Program-made: the position numbers and the translations under genes
NCBI GenBank assembly: GCA_017511375.1
Contig: JAFWKJ010000007.1
Coordinates: 36,748 to 100,747, forward strand
Direction: 5' to 3'
DNA from: Bacilli bacterium
Lineage (GTDB): Bacteria > Bacillota_I > Bacilli_A > RF39 > UBA660
DNA length: 64,000 bases
In this document: positions 19,365 through 28,393 of the stretch, piece by piece
How the letters are laid out: each line of letters starts with the position of its first letter
Position numbering within the stretch: position 1 is the stretch's first letter
Notes under the pieces: model-generated
The model's input: only the letters and a program-made list of their open reading frames with translations
The model's database searches: none
Told to the model about the DNA's origin: nothing

Positions 19365-21098
19365 TTATGAATTTGAGGTTTCATTTTGATATAGTCCTTG
19401 ATAAACTTTAGAACACTTTAGTAATTCTTTATGAGTACCAGAGGATTCTAATCTACCTTGGTCTATCACATGAATGGTATCTGCATCGACAATCGTACTT
19501 AATCTATGAGCAACAATAATAACGGTATGATCTTTTACTAAACGATCAATTGTTTTCTTAATAAACTCTTGTGATTCATTATCAAGTGCAGAAGTAGCTT
19601 CATCAAACAAAATAATTTTTGTATTTAATAATAAAGTTCTCGCTATCGCTAAACGTTGTTTCTGCCCACCTGAGAGATTAACTCCCCCTTCACCAATAAT
19701 CGTATCATATCCATTGGGTAAAGACATAATATAATCATCTATATAGGCCTTTCTACAAACATCTCTCACTTCTTCAAGCGTTACCTCTTTCTTCGTCAAT
19801 TGGAAGTTTTCTAAAATAGATAAATTAAATAAGAAAGGTGTTTGTCTAATAATAGAAATGTTGTTTCTTAATGATTCTTCTGTTAAATCTTTAATATTGA
19901 TACCATCAATCTTAATACAACCTTTATTTGTATCAAAATATCTTAATAATAAATTAAAGATTGTACTCTTACCATTACCACTTCTACCAACAACAGCAAT
20001 TTTCTTTTGAGGTTCAATTCTCATCGATAAACCCTTCAAAGTATAATCTTCTTTCTCCGTATAACGGAATTTAACATTCTTAAATTCAATAACTCCTTTA
20101 GAATGTTCTAATTCTTTTCTTCCAAACTTTTCATCTGGATATAAATCATTATGAATGATTTCCCCTATTCTTTTTAAAGAAACCGTTACCTTGTTATAAT
20201 TAACACCAAAATCAGAAATACTTTCAACGACTTCATCAATTCTCCAAATATAACTCTCTAACATTATAAATACACTATAAGCTATCTTACCAGTTACTGC
20301 AAAATAACCTGCAGTAAGTAAAATAACAAATTGTAAAATAAAATAGAATAAATTATTTAAACTATAATAAATTACCTCATACCCCTTAATATCTTTTTGA
20401 TGTTTAAATAGATTGTTTAATATTTCAAATATATTGTTTTCGATATTAGTCTTAATCCCCAATGACTTTATTTCTCTAATTCCTGTAATATTCTCAGTTG
20501 CTACTTTCACGTAGTTATCTGATTCTTTTTTAATAGATTCTTGTGTTTTTTTAATCTTAGGGAAAAACTTACAAGATATAAATCCCATTACAAATCCAAA
20601 TAATAGTATTTCAAATCCTAATATAAGAGAAATCTTGAAAGATAAAATAAGAAGTATAATAATCACAAAAGACTTACAGATAAGCTTTAATAATTTTTCA
20701 AGTAACTCCATCACTCGATCTGGATCTGTATACAAACGATTAATAAACTCTCCTGTACCAATCTCTTCAAAGGCAATAGCAGGTAATTTATCAATCTTCT
20801 TATATAAATCAAAACTTACATTCTTCATAAATTTAATTTCTAAATAATTATATAATTTATCCCTTGGTATCTGTAAAACAACATAGAATAAAATATACAT
20901 ACATGTTAAAACAGATAAGTAAATAAGAAAGCTTTTGAAATCATTTACAATTAACTTTTCAACAGCCAACCCCCAAAAATAAGCCGTTCCAAGGGAAGGT
21001 AAATAAGAAAATAAAACTAAAAGAATATATAGTATTAATTTAAATTTTTCATCTTTTAAATAATAAAATAATATTTTAAAACTAGATACTTTTTTCAT
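19365..21098 (-). CDS. ABC exporter, fused permease-ATPase half transporter
   Basis: Six-TM N-terminal domain, Walker A GRSGNGKST, signature LSGGQKQR and Walker B ILFDEA. There is no C39 peptidase domain. Confidence 0.85.
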   Translation of the reverse strand: MKKVSSFKILFYYLKDEKFKLILYILLVLFSYLPSLGTAYFWGLAVEKLIVNDFKSFLIYLSVLTCMYILFYVVLQIPRDKLYNYLEIKFMKNVSFDLYKKIDKLPAIAFEEIGTGEFINRLYTDPDRVMELLEKLLKLICKSFVIIILLILSFKISLILGFEILLFGFVMGFISCKFFPKIKKTQESIKKESDNYVKVATENITGIREIKSLGIKTNIENNIFEILNNLFKHQKDIKGYEVIYYSLNNLFYFILQFVILLTAGYFAVTGKIAYSVFIMLESYIWRIDEVVESISDFGVNYNKVTVSLKRIGEIIHNDLYPDEKFGRKELEHSKGVIEFKNVKFRYTEKEDYTLKGLSMRIEPQKKIAVVGRSGNGKSTIFNLLLRYFDTNKGCIKIDGINIKDLTEESLRNNISIIRQTPFLFNLSILENFQLTKKEVTLEEVRDVCRKAYIDDYIMSLPNGYDTIIGEGGVNLSGGQKQRLAIARTLLLNTKIILFDEATSALDNESQEFIKKTIDRLVKDHTVIIVAHRLSTIVDADTIHVIDQGRLESSGTHKELLKCSKVYQGLYQNETSNS

Positions 21099-21110
21099 AT
21101 ATACCTCCTA

Positions 21111-21137
21111 ACAAATAAAAAAGTCACGGAGGTGACT
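21111..21137 (-). terminator. short hairpin plus U-run between the leader ORF and the ABC gene (candidate attenuator)
   Basis: Minus RNA forms AGUCAC-CUCC-GUGACU followed by UUUUUUAUUU. The ABC gene RBS (AGGAGG) follows directly. Confidence 0.5.
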
Positions 21138-21153
21138 AGTTTTCTTTCTACGA

Positions 21154-21240
21154 TTAAAAGTTGTGAGAAAATGCTTTTCTCCAACTCCTGTCACCAATAT
21201 ATTTTGAAATATTAAATTGTTTGTTGAATTTAAAAATCAT
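21154..21240 (-). CDS. 28-codon leader ORF (MIFKFNKQFNISKYIGDRSWRKAFSHNF)
   Basis: The ATG at 21240 lies 8 nt after GGAAAGGAG and the TAA stop is at 21156-21154. The ORF is absent from the track because it is under 60 aa. Whether it is translated is unproven. Confidence 0.45.
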   Translation of the reverse strand: MIFKFNKQFNISKYIGDRSWRKAFSHNF

Positions 21241-21270
21241 AATCTCACTCCTTTCCTCAAATTCACCCTC

Positions 21271-21299
21271 ATCATATCACAAGCAAAAAAATATGTCAA
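21271..21299 (-). promoter_or_regulatory. near-consensus sigma-70 promoter, TTGACA-17nt-TATGAT
   Basis: TTGACA lies at 21299-21294 and TATGAT at 21276-21271 on the minus strand, with an exact 17-nt spacer. Confidence 0.6.
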
Positions 21300-21314
21300 C
21301 CTTTTTTTGTTCAC

Positions 21315-21338
21315 ACAAAAAAGTGCTTCAAAGCACTT
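21315..21338 (-). terminator. intrinsic terminator after the 256-aa gene
   Basis: Minus RNA forms AAGUGC-UUUGAA-GCACUU followed by UUUUGUGUG, right after the stop at 21340. Confidence 0.6.
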
Positions 21339-21339
21339 C

Positions 21340-22110
21340 TTATTCAATCACTAAAGATCTAATGATATCTACAATCATCTCATCAGTAAAATAATCTAAT
21401 TTATAGAACGTTAAACAATATAGTTTATTATTATGAATAATACAAGCTTGTTTATAAGTATCTGTTTCATACATATAACCATTAAGGTCTCCCTCAATAT
21501 AAGTAATATTATCTAAATTAGGTAAATTAGTTTCAATGAAATTAAAGAAATAATTTTCTTTAATACTAACAATCGGTGTTAAAAAACGACCATCTTCTTT
21601 TTTTCTTTCACGAATATATTTGATGAGTTCTACATCATCATGTATCTCATGTTTATTTAAATAATATTCTCTTAAAATATTAGAAATATATAATGGGAAA
21701 TGATTAAATTCAAAATAATAACTAGATTCATCATAATTCTTAATATTATGAATTTTGGTTTCAAACTCACCCATCATAAAAGCAGCTGTAACATCATTAT
21801 CTTCATTATATAGTAAATAATATTCATAATTAACATCTTTATCTCCTGCTTCGAAATCTTGGAAATAGTTTTTTACTTTCATACGATAATCATTTGCATT
21901 AGATTCAAAATAATCTGTTTGTTCTTGTTCTTCTTGTGAGTAAGAAGTAATATCTAATACTTTTCCAATATTATATTGTTTTTCATAAACAGCATTGTCC
22001 ATATATAAATCCTGCGTATAAACAATAAATAGTTTTAAAACAATATAAAGAAATACATAAAATAAAAGCGTTAAAACAATAAATTTAGTATGTGACATTT
22101 TCTTATCCAT
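21340..22110 (-). CDS. hypothetical membrane-anchored protein
   Basis: One N-terminal TM helix and a Tyr/Asn/Asp-rich soluble part. It starts 11 nt downstream of uppP. Confidence 0.55.
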   Translation of the reverse strand: MDKKMSHTKFIVLTLLFYVFLYIVLKLFIVYTQDLYMDNAVYEKQYNIGKVLDITSYSQEEQEQTDYFESNANDYRMKVKNYFQDFEAGDKDVNYEYYLLYNEDNDVTAAFMMGEFETKIHNIKNYDESSYYFEFNHFPLYISNILREYYLNKHEIHDDVELIKYIRERKKEDGRFLTPIVSIKENYFFNFIETNLPNLDNITYIEGDLNGYMYETDTYKQACIIHNNKLYCLTFYKLDYFTDEMIVDIIRSLVIE

Positions 22111-22121
22111 GATTTAACCCC

Positions 22122-22931
22122 CTATATAAATAGCATAACAGTGAAGATGGCTACAGCAAATAAATAAAGTGAAAATCTCCATAGTTTTCCTTTTTCAACG
22201 ATTTTAGTCAACCAGTTATAAGAAATATAAGTTAATAATCCAGCTGAAATCATACCAACAAGATAATAAAGAACAAGGGTTACATCCGCTGCTTGCGCCT
22301 TTAAATCACTAAGACCTGTAATCATAGTTCCTAAACTAACAGGTAAATATAACATAAAGGAAAATTTCAAAGCCGTTTTCTTATCAAAACCATTTAGTAA
22401 ACAACCAACTAAAGTCATACCACTTCTAGAAATACCAGGAACAATTGCAACCGCTTGGTATAAACCAATTAATAAAGCATCTTTATAAGAAATATCTTTA
22501 TCCGTCTTCTTTCCATCACAATCCACTGCAAACAATAAAGAAATAGCCGTTACAAAGAATCCAATTCCTACAAAGAAGATATTTTTAGACAATAAATCCT
22601 CTAAAGCATCTTTCGCAAAAAAACCAAATAAAGCAACAGGGATCGTTCCTACGACAAGTAACATACAGTATTTAAACTTATCTTTTCCTTTTTCTCCCTT
22701 AGTACGAATATATTGAAAAAAGCCTTTAATAAGAGAAACAACATCTTTTTTGAAAATTAATAAGATTGCTATAAAAGAAGCAAAATTTAAAAAGATTTCA
22801 AGACTTAAATCATTAAAAAAATTAGTATTCAACATTGCTTTCAAAATATAGATATGACCACTACTAGAAATAGGTAATGGTTCCGTAAATCCTTGTAGCA
22901 ATCCTAAAATGATGTATTTAATAATGTCCAT
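22122..22931 (-). CDS. uppP: undecaprenyl-diphosphate phosphatase
   Basis: The GFTEPLPISSSGH and PGISRSG motifs match the BacA/UppP family. Polytopic membrane protein. Confidence 0.9.
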   Translation of the reverse strand: MDIIKYIILGLLQGFTEPLPISSSGHIYILKAMLNTNFFNDLSLEIFLNFASFIAILLIFKKDVVSLIKGFFQYIRTKGEKGKDKFKYCMLLVVGTIPVALFGFFAKDALEDLLSKNIFFVGIGFFVTAISLLFAVDCDGKKTDKDISYKDALLIGLYQAVAIVPGISRSGMTLVGCLLNGFDKKTALKFSFMLYLPVSLGTMITGLSDLKAQAADVTLVLYYLVGMISAGLLTYISYNWLTKIVEKGKLWRFSLYLFAVAIFTVMLFI

Positions 22932-23020
22932 ATTCTCACTCCTACTATTTGATTATAACATACTTTTATGAATTCCTATTAAAAATATACCAAACATGAC
23001 AATAGATAGTCAATCTTGTA

Positions 23021-23599
23021 CTATAAAGCATCAACGAGTTTTTGAATAGCTCTACTACGATGAGATACACTATTCTTTTCTTCTTCCGTGGCTTCTCCAA
23101 AAGTTTTATTTAAATCATCAGAAAGAAAAATACAATCATACCCAAAACTTGTATCTCCTCTTTCCTCATCTATGATTCTTCCACTGGTAGACCCAACAAA
23201 TTGACTCACATCTCCATCTGGCTTAATAAGCGTAATACAACAAACAAAAGCAGCCTTTGGATCTTTTCCTTGTAACTCTTTTCTTAATTTATCACGATTT
23301 GCTTGATTATTATGATTTCCAGCATATCTAGCACTATAAACACCAGGAGATCCTTCTAAACTTTCACAACACAAACCGGAATCATCTGAAACAACCATCA
23401 TCCCTTGATGTTGTTTTTTTAAATAATCATGAATGGTTTGAGCTTTAATAAGAGAATTCTCTTCAAATGTTTCTCCTGTCTCTTCAATTTCATCAAAGAA
23501 TTGAATATCATTTAAGGAAAGAATTTCATAATTTTTTAATATTTCTTTAAATTCTTGAATCTTATGTTTATTATTAGAAGCTAAAACTATTCTTTCCAT
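23021..23599 (-). CDS. rdgB: non-canonical purine NTP pyrophosphatase (RdgB/HAM1)
   Basis: ASNNKHKIQEF N-terminus, ETGETFEENS and FGYD motifs. Confidence 0.85.
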   Translation of the reverse strand: MERIVLASNNKHKIQEFKEILKNYEILSLNDIQFFDEIEETGETFEENSLIKAQTIHDYLKKQHQGMMVVSDDSGLCCESLEGSPGVYSARYAGNHNNQANRDKLRKELQGKDPKAAFVCCITLIKPDGDVSQFVGSTSGRIIDEERGDTSFGYDCIFLSDDLNKTFGEATEEEKNSVSHRSRAIQKLVDAL

Positions 23600-23655
23600 C
23601 CAATCACCTCTTATTTATTTTACCATAAAAAAAATACAATCTATATTGTATTTTT

Positions 23656-25101
23656 TTATTTAAAGGCTTTTACTAAATTATTAATAATTCCTTTTTCTTT
23701 CACAAGAGAATATAAACTTGTATCTCCTGTAATACAGCGAACTGCAGTCGTTAAAATATCATTCGTCTCTCCAGGAGATAAATAATATTTTCCTTTTGGA
23801 TAATTATAGTCAAAGAAGAAAATTGGTATCTGCATTTCATAATCAATTAAAACAGTCTCAGTATTATACTCCGCTACTGGTAATTCTTTCTTTAAACCAT
23901 ATAAAGAAGTGATAATGAGAGAATGTTTATTAACACAAACATCACCCAGTAACCCAATAATAATATCCAGTTGTGATAATTGCTCTTTCAAATGATTAAT
24001 ATCTTTCGAAACATCCATATGATAATCAAAAATAAACAAATCATAAGGAGCATTTTCAATCAATTGCTCTATATATTCCTTTTGATATAATTTATCATCT
24101 TTCAACATAAATCCTATCGAAGGATTGTTCACATCGTTCATACCATTTGCATAAAAATTAACAAGTTTAATATTTTGATTATCACTAAATATTAATGCTT
24201 TTTTATTATGTTTTGTTAAAAGGCCAGATAAAGAATTCTCATAAGAAACATTTTCAATCATAAAAGGAATATTAAATTGCGTATTAAGTTTCAACAAAGA
24301 ATACGTTGGAATATCGGCAGACGTCTTGAAAACCTCAGGAGCCATTTGAAAAAGTCCCTGTAATAAATTGTCATAATTATTTCTTCTAGTATTAAAGAAC
24401 AATATCGTATCTCCATTAGAAATAAAGCACTCATTATTTGCACAAAAACCTTGTACATCACATGGTCTTACATTATTTTCTTTTAAAATAGTAAGTTTTT
24501 GATCCGTTTGTGTCCATCTTTCAGCAGAACACATAAAGAATAGTTTTTTAATATAGTCCAATTCATTTTTAGACAAAGTATCAGGTAAGTACTCTTTTCC
24601 CATTACAAAGCCAACCGTCATATGACTATCCAAGTGATATTTTATAAAATTAACAACATCAATTAATTTATCATATTCAGAAACAGTTTGTTGAAATAGA
24701 ATTAAGTGTAAATATATTTTTTTATTAGAATCAAGAGGCAAAGCTTTAACCAAACGATTAAGTTGTTCAACAACTTTATCATTAGTAGCCTCTACAAATA
24801 TATGAAGTTTTGAGCCCTCTCTTTGTACAGCTGTAGATAAACTTTGAAATGTTTGATTATTTACTAAAGACTCATTTAAAACATTGTTTTTAACAAAGTC
24901 TAATTCCGAACGATAAGTATCTCCTAAAAAGAATCTTTGATAGGCGCTTCTATATTCCAAAGAACTAGTAATCGCTGTTGTAAAATAAGAAGTTTCTTTA
25001 ATTTTACATAATTGTGGCATAGATTGATCAATAGAAATACTATAACTTCCAGGTTTTTCTATTCCTAAACCATTGATTAAAAATATAACACTCTTCTTCA
25101 T
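23656..25101 (-). CDS. hypothetical protein; possibly a degenerate alkaline-phosphatase-superfamily (iPGM-like) fold
   Basis: The N-terminus VIFLINGLGIEKPG resembles iPGM ALIILDGFG, and LIITSLYG resembles ITADHGN. The metal-ligand positions are substituted. This is a weak similarity judged by eye. Confidence 0.3.
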   Translation of the reverse strand: MKKSVIFLINGLGIEKPGSYSISIDQSMPQLCKIKETSYFTTAITSSLEYRSAYQRFFLGDTYRSELDFVKNNVLNESLVNNQTFQSLSTAVQREGSKLHIFVEATNDKVVEQLNRLVKALPLDSNKKIYLHLILFQQTVSEYDKLIDVVNFIKYHLDSHMTVGFVMGKEYLPDTLSKNELDYIKKLFFMCSAERWTQTDQKLTILKENNVRPCDVQGFCANNECFISNGDTILFFNTRRNNYDNLLQGLFQMAPEVFKTSADIPTYSLLKLNTQFNIPFMIENVSYENSLSGLLTKHNKKALIFSDNQNIKLVNFYANGMNDVNNPSIGFMLKDDKLYQKEYIEQLIENAPYDLFIFDYHMDVSKDINHLKEQLSQLDIIIGLLGDVCVNKHSLIITSLYGLKKELPVAEYNTETVLIDYEMQIPIFFFDYNYPKGKYYLSPGETNDILTTAVRCITGDTSLYSLVKEKGIINNLVKAFK

Positions 25102-25176
25102 ACTATCACCAATTATAATTATATCTTCTTTTTCATTCTTTTAACATAAAAAAAGGAAAAAGAATTTCCTTTTACG

Positions 25177-25935
25177 TTAATCATCTAATCGAGGAGTTAA
25201 GATTTCATATCCATCTTCCGTAACTAAAACCGTATGTTCATAGTGAGCGGCTGGACTATGATCCCATGTTTTAACAGTCCAACCATCATCTAATTGATAA
25301 ACATCCCTTTTGCCAAAGGTAAGAATAGGTTCAATACAAATGACCATACCTGGCTTTAAAACAGCCCCTGTATTGGGAATTCCAAAATTAGGGACTTCAG
25401 GTTCTTCATGCATTTCAGCACCGATTCCATGTCCGCATAACTCTCTCACAACACCCAAATGATGTTCTTCTGCATATTTTTGAATAGCACTTGAAATATC
25501 ACCAATACGATTTCCAGGTTTCACTTGCTCTACTCCTACATACAATGCTTTTTCAGTATGCTCCATTAAATATTGTTTATCTTCATCAACCTCTCCAACT
25601 GTATAGGTCCATGCTGCATCTCCTTGATATCCTTTATATCCAATAACAACATCAATAGTAATAATATCTCCATCTTTTAAAACATCCTCTTCATGAGGAA
25701 TTCCATGAACAACTACATCATTAAGGCTTGTACATAAAGCAGCTGGAAAACCTTCATATCCTTTACAAGTAGGAACTGCCTCATGATCCAAGATAAACTT
25801 CTCACATAAAGCATCTAACTCTTTTGTCGAAATACCTGCTTTTATATAAGGTTTAATAAACTGATGCATCTCAGACACTAACATACCTGCATGCCTCATT
25901 AATTCAATTTCACGTTCACTTTTAATTGTTATCAT
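25177..25935 (-). CDS. map: type I methionine aminopeptidase
   Basis: Metal-ligand context DIITIDV, GYQGDAA, GHGIG, EP and EHT; 252 aa. Confidence 0.9.
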   Translation of the reverse strand: MITIKSEREIELMRHAGMLVSEMHQFIKPYIKAGISTKELDALCEKFILDHEAVPTCKGYEGFPAALCTSLNDVVVHGIPHEEDVLKDGDIITIDVVIGYKGYQGDAAWTYTVGEVDEDKQYLMEHTEKALYVGVEQVKPGNRIGDISSAIQKYAEEHHLGVVRELCGHGIGAEMHEEPEVPNFGIPNTGAVLKPGMVICIEPILTFGKRDVYQLDDGWTVKTWDHSPAAHYEHTVLVTEDGYEILTPRLDD

Positions 25936-25977
25936 AGTATCACCAAAGAAGATTGTAACACAAAAAAAAGACTATTT

Positions 25978-26139
25978 CTAGTCTTCATCTAATTTAAGAT
26001 AAATCATTCGACAAGCATCTTGAATACTTTTTTTAGCTTGCTGAACCTTCTCAGGATACTTCATCGCAATCATATACCCACCAAGAGCAAAAATACCCAT
26101 AATAGACATTGATTCTAAAAGCATCATTTTCATTTTCAT
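25978..26139 (-). CDS. possible 53-aa small membrane protein
   Basis: The ATG at 26139 follows GAGGGGA. The translation is MKMKMMLLESMSIMGIFALGGYMIAMKYPEKVQQ... with one hydrophobic helix. It is absent from the track (under 60 aa). Confidence 0.3.
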   Translation of the reverse strand: MKMKMMLLESMSIMGIFALGGYMIAMKYPEKVQQAKKSIQDACRMIYLKLDED

Positions 26140-26174
26140 AATAATCCCCTCGTTTTTAGTATGTGAAAATAATT

Positions 26175-28367
26175 CTAAACTATACCATGAATCAAATATT
26201 CTTTGATAGTGGTACGTCGAGAGTCTACTTCTAAATTATGAACAGCATATTTTAATGCATCCATATCTCCAATCAAATAAAGTCTTTTCTTAGCCCTTGT
26301 AACAGCTGTATAGATAAGTTTTTGATAAAGCATTTTATGATAACCTCGAACGATTGGTAAAACAACAATATCAAATTCAGAACCTTGAGATTTATGAATA
26401 CTTATCGCATAAGCCAGACGAAAATTATCATAATTAGCAGGGGTATATTTTACTATATTAGAATCAAAATCAATTTTGATTTCTTTCTTAGAACCCAATT
26501 CAATTTGATCGATTAATCCAATGTCCCCATTATAAATATTTTCATCTGGCATATTAGTAAGTTGAATCACCTTATCATTTTCTCTAAAAATAACTTCTCC
26601 TTGTTTTTGTTCTTTCTTATTAGAATCATTCGGATTATAGATTTCTTGTACTTTATGATTAATCATATCAATACCGTTTAATCCTTTATACATAGGTGCA
26701 AGAATTTGAAACTTTTTATAAGAAACATCTTTATACGTTGTAGCAATCTCACAAATCGTATTCATTACTTCATCATCACGACATCGAATAAATGTTAAAT
26801 CATCCTCTTGGTTAAAAATCTCTTCATGAATTTCTTCATTTCGAATATCATAAGCAAGACTAATAATATTGGATTCTCTTCCCTGTCGATAGATTTCTTT
26901 TAATCTTACTACTTCTAACATTTGGCTTTCAATAATGTCTCTAAGTACTTGTCCAGCTCCAACGGAAGGAAGTTGATGATCATCTCCGACTATAATTATC
27001 TTACAATTACTAGATAAACCTTTTAATAAATTAGCAAACAAATAGGTATCGATCATACTAGCCTCATCAATTAGAACCATTTCCACCTTCGATTTATTAT
27101 AAGAATTCACTTGAAATTTATCCGTATCTTTAGACCACTTTAAAAAACGATGAATCGTACTAGCAGGCATAAGAGATGCTTCACTCATTCGCTTTGCAGC
27201 TCTCCCAGTAGGAGCAAGTAAAGCAACTTTTGATAAAAATTGTTCATAAGAAAGCTTATTCATTTGTCGATACAATTCGCAAATTCCTTTCATGATAGTT
27301 GTCTTTCCTGTTCCTGGTCCTCCTGTAATGATTAAAAAATCTCTTTGATAACTTTTTTGAATGGCTTCTTTTTGTTCATCGTTATAACAAATATCAAACA
27401 ATTTCTCCAACTCTTCAATCTTAGAGAGAATCTTATGGCTACTTTTTTCTTTATTAGCATTTAAAAGCCTAAATCTTTTTACAATGAGAGTTTCTGCTTC
27501 ATACATTTCTTTTAAATAATAACGATCTTCCTTATGAATGATTTTTAACTGGGTCTCTAAATCTAATAAAGCATCTGTTACTTTTTGTCGATCAGGAACC
27601 GCTTCTAATACTCTAGGCAAGTAGTTCATGATTTCTTCCTCATAATAATAACTATGACCATAAGTATTACTTACCTCTCCCATAATATAAAGAATAGCAG
27701 CTCGCACACGAATAAAATCATCCTTCAATACTCCTTTTCGTAAAGCAATTAAATCCACTTTTTTGAAAGAAAGATCATGAATGTCTTCTATAATTTGATA
27801 GATATCTTCTTCTAATATTTGCTTAGTCTTTTTCTTATAAGTATTATAGAGAATCATAGAGTCTTTAGTAGAAAAACCAAGTTCAGATAAATACATAATA
27901 ATCTCATAACTAGATTCATATTCTTTTAAAGTAGAATGCAAAACATCAATATCCTTTTTAGTAATCGTAGGAATTAAAATAAGATTACTAGGTTCTTCTA
28001 AAATCATTTTTAAAGTGTCTTTCCCAAAAGCTTGATAAATTTTAGAAGCTTTCTTTTCTCCGATTCCCTTAAACAAACCACTAGAAAGAAAGTCAATAAC
28101 AGACTCTTTTTCTTCTGGCTTAGAACGTTCATAGGATTCTACTTGAAATTGATCTCCATATTTTTCATGATGAACAAGTTTTCCATAAAACAGATAAGTA
28201 TCCACATGATTTAATTCATGAAAGAAACCAGTAAATGTAATCGTTCGCCCTACATATTCCACCAATTGTTCATCATTCGTATCTATAACTCTTAATATTC
28301 CAACACAATATCCGGTATTGGTTTCATAGATAGATTTAGAATAAGTTCCTTTAATAAAAGATGTCAT
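26175..28367 (-). CDS. recD2: RecD2-type ATP-dependent DNA helicase
   Basis: Walker A GGPGTGKTT, DEASM, GDDHQLPSVG and C-terminal SIHKSQGSEF motifs. The ATG at 28367 follows AAAGGAG; the track start at 28397 is GTG. Confidence 0.85.
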   Translation of the reverse strand: MTSFIKGTYSKSIYETNTGYCVGILRVIDTNDEQLVEYVGRTITFTGFFHELNHVDTYLFYGKLVHHEKYGDQFQVESYERSKPEEKESVIDFLSSGLFKGIGEKKASKIYQAFGKDTLKMILEEPSNLILIPTITKKDIDVLHSTLKEYESSYEIIMYLSELGFSTKDSMILYNTYKKKTKQILEEDIYQIIEDIHDLSFKKVDLIALRKGVLKDDFIRVRAAILYIMGEVSNTYGHSYYYEEEIMNYLPRVLEAVPDRQKVTDALLDLETQLKIIHKEDRYYLKEMYEAETLIVKRFRLLNANKEKSSHKILSKIEELEKLFDICYNDEQKEAIQKSYQRDFLIITGGPGTGKTTIMKGICELYRQMNKLSYEQFLSKVALLAPTGRAAKRMSEASLMPASTIHRFLKWSKDTDKFQVNSYNKSKVEMVLIDEASMIDTYLFANLLKGLSSNCKIIIVGDDHQLPSVGAGQVLRDIIESQMLEVVRLKEIYRQGRESNIISLAYDIRNEEIHEEIFNQEDDLTFIRCRDDEVMNTICEIATTYKDVSYKKFQILAPMYKGLNGIDMINHKVQEIYNPNDSNKKEQKQGEVIFRENDKVIQLTNMPDENIYNGDIGLIDQIELGSKKEIKIDFDSNIVKYTPANYDNFRLAYAISIHKSQGSEFDIVVLPIVRGYHKMLYQKLIYTAVTRAKKRLYLIGDMDALKYAVHNLEVDSRRTTIKEYLIHGIV

Positions 28368-28393
28368 ACATTCACTCCTTTCTTTTTTATCAT

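Noticed and set aside
21154-21240. 28-aa peptide upstream of an ABC transporter as a bacteriocin or RiPP precursor
   Set aside because: There is no double-glycine leader and no Cys, Ser or Thr enrichment. The ABC protein lacks a C39 peptidase domain. A terminator hairpin sits between the ORF and the transporter. A regulatory leader fits better, although an exported peptide is not excluded.
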